A stretch of DNA of 64,000 bases from Eledone cirrhosa (Eukaryota), in the NCBI GenBank assembly GCA_964016885.1, contig OZ024740.1:398660001-398724000 (forward strand), written 5' to 3'. The notes under the pieces were generated by a model. It was not told the DNA's origin and made no database searches. It saw nothing but the letters and a program-made list of their open reading frames with translations. This document shows, piece by piece, positions 62,104 through 64,000 of the stretch. The translations under genes were made by a program, and so were the position numbers. The stretch's first letter is position 1. Each line of letters opens with the position of its first letter.

Positions 62104-64000
62104 GACAAACTCCATTGGCATGGAAATGGGCTTGTCCAAGATAGGATCAGAGCAACAAAACCATTATACATGTGCCTGATCATTGCTGATTTGTGGAATT
62201 TTGTTGAACAAAGGAATGCGCAGAGCTCATTGCTGAATGCTATGCAGGCATTTTCACTATTGAAGACCAGAGTGTACCATCTCCACCACCTATGACACCG
62301 GACTCTATTACAACCATGGAATTTACACCTGCAATGCTGCGACGTCACCTAAAAAATAAATGCAACCATGCCTCTCCTGGTCTTGATGGTGTTACGTACC
62401 TGATTCTTAAACGTGGTGGGTACTTCCTTCTGCACCAGTTATCACGCTTCTTCCAATTCTGTCTGAACAACGGTGCTACTCCAGAACAGTGGAAAACTGC
62501 CAGTGTCATTCCTCTGTTCAAAAAGGGTGACCGCACATCACCTGTGAACTATCATCCAGTCAGTCTTACTAGTTGCATCGCCAAACTGATGGAATCCTGT
62601 GTCAGAGAAACACTTTGGAACTTCTGGAGCTCTCACAGTCTTATCCGGCCCTGGCAATTTGGATTTATCCCTAACTCCAGCTGCTGTGATCAACTTATAG
62701 AGTTTCTTGAGGACATCACCCGGATCACTGATGGCGGCTCATGGGTGGATGTTGTTTACCTTGACTTTGCGAAAGCCTTCAATTCTGTGCCACACAAAAG
62801 GCTTATGGCAAAACTCTCTGCAATGGGTGTGAAGGACGATCTTTTTAACTGGTTGAAGTCCTTCATTCTCAGTCGAAGAGAGGTAGTCACGGTTCTGGGA
62901 CAGCATTCCTCACCATATGAGATGTCATCTGGTGTACCACAGGGATCTGTTTTTGGCCCCCTTTTGTTTGTGGCATATATTAATGACATAGATGCCAACT
63001 TAAAGAATGCCACGGTACTAAAGTACGCAGATGACATCAAGCTGTACCTTGAGATAAAAAGGACAGATCCTAAACACTATAGATCTTGCTTGCAGTCTGA
63101 CCTGGACACAATGCAACAATGGATCTCAGACTGGCAACTCAAGCTAGCTGTGGACAAGTGCACCACCATGCATTTTGGGAGTAAAAACCCAGCGTCCACA
63201 TACTCCCCCCACAGCACTAATATCAAGAAGTCTTCTTGTGAACATGACCTGGGCATTACGGTCAGCAGCGATTTGCGTTGGACGAAGCACGTCTCTAAAA
63301 TTGTCAAGAGGGCCGAGGGTGTCTTAGCATCACTCAGCAAGACCTTTGTCAGCCGCTCTCCAGATATCTATTTAAGGCTATACATGGCTATGGTGCGGCC
63401 ACACTTAGAATTTGCATCACCAGTCTGGAACTCCTATCTTGCTCAGAACATTGACCGCCTGGAAACTGTTCAGAGACGTGCAACCAAGCGAATACCCTCC
63501 ATCAGGCATCTACCATACTCTGAGCGCCTTGCTTCCCTGGGCATGGATACATTGAAGCTCCGACACCTGGCAACTGACTTGGTAAACACCCACAAAATTG
63601 TTAACCATGTTGCCAACAACAACCCTGAGTACCTTTTTGATTTCCATGTGTCTAACACACGTGGACATGCCCACAAAGTCAGAAAACAGCACAGTTCCCA
63701 TGACTTTCAGAAACATTTTTTCACGCTCAGAGTTGCTGAAGCATGGAACAAACTACCTGCATCAGTTGTTAGCTGTCGAGACACTGCATCCTTTAAGGCC
63801 TCCATGCTTCCCGAGATCCGCCAACACTACAGTTAATGTTCCCCCTCCATACGCATACACACATGTATACCATGACTCATACACTATTCACTTCCCTGAC
63901 ATTTGTGTATTATTCTATGTATTATACATACACCTTTGACGAGTTGTAGTACACCTGAGCACTTTACACAATAATTTCATTATTATTATCATTATTATTT
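62104..64000 (+). mobile_element. Young 5'-truncated CR1-type LINE; 514-aa RT frame at 62292-63836
   Basis: YLDFAKAF, GVPQGSVFGP, KYADD, EHDLG, VRPHLEF, QRRATK, TRGH..K motifs; (ATT)n tail; antisense to DHRS4. Confidence 0.93.

Overview
AT-rich, repeat-dense animal genomic DNA. The repeat families resemble cephalopod SINEs and RTE LINEs, so an octopod source is likely (inference). Two intron-rich host genes converge. (1) A CHMP4/Snf7 ESCRT-III gene on +: coding exons 23876-24053, 31090-31204, 31692-31824 and 36659-36717; the first exon was not found in the window; 3' UTR runs to about 39.0 kb. (2) A DHRS4-like short-chain dehydrogenase on -: seven exons from 61260 down to 48003, including a 24-nt microexon; the N-terminal exons lie beyond 64000. 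Introns and intergenic DNA hold a complete but disabled Ty3/Gypsy element (273-bp LTRs, 5-bp TSD), a full-length DD34D mariner, a young 5'-truncated RTE LINE, a young CR1-type LINE, older RTE relics, tRNA-headed SINEs with RTE-type tails, piggyBac-type (TTAA) MITEs, an isolated LTR with a tRNA-Trp PBS, and a 28S rRNA fragment. The most unusual signals are: a C4HC3 PHD finger inside the RTE reverse transcriptase; apparent capture of a SINE body as the 3' UTR of that RTE subfamily; a SINE carried inside piggyBac-type MITEs; a duplicated LTR/PBS junction inside gag; and a DHRS4 ending in -ASL rather than the canonical -SRL/-SKL signal. Exon and LTR coordinates were read by eye; boundaries of degraded repeats are approximate.
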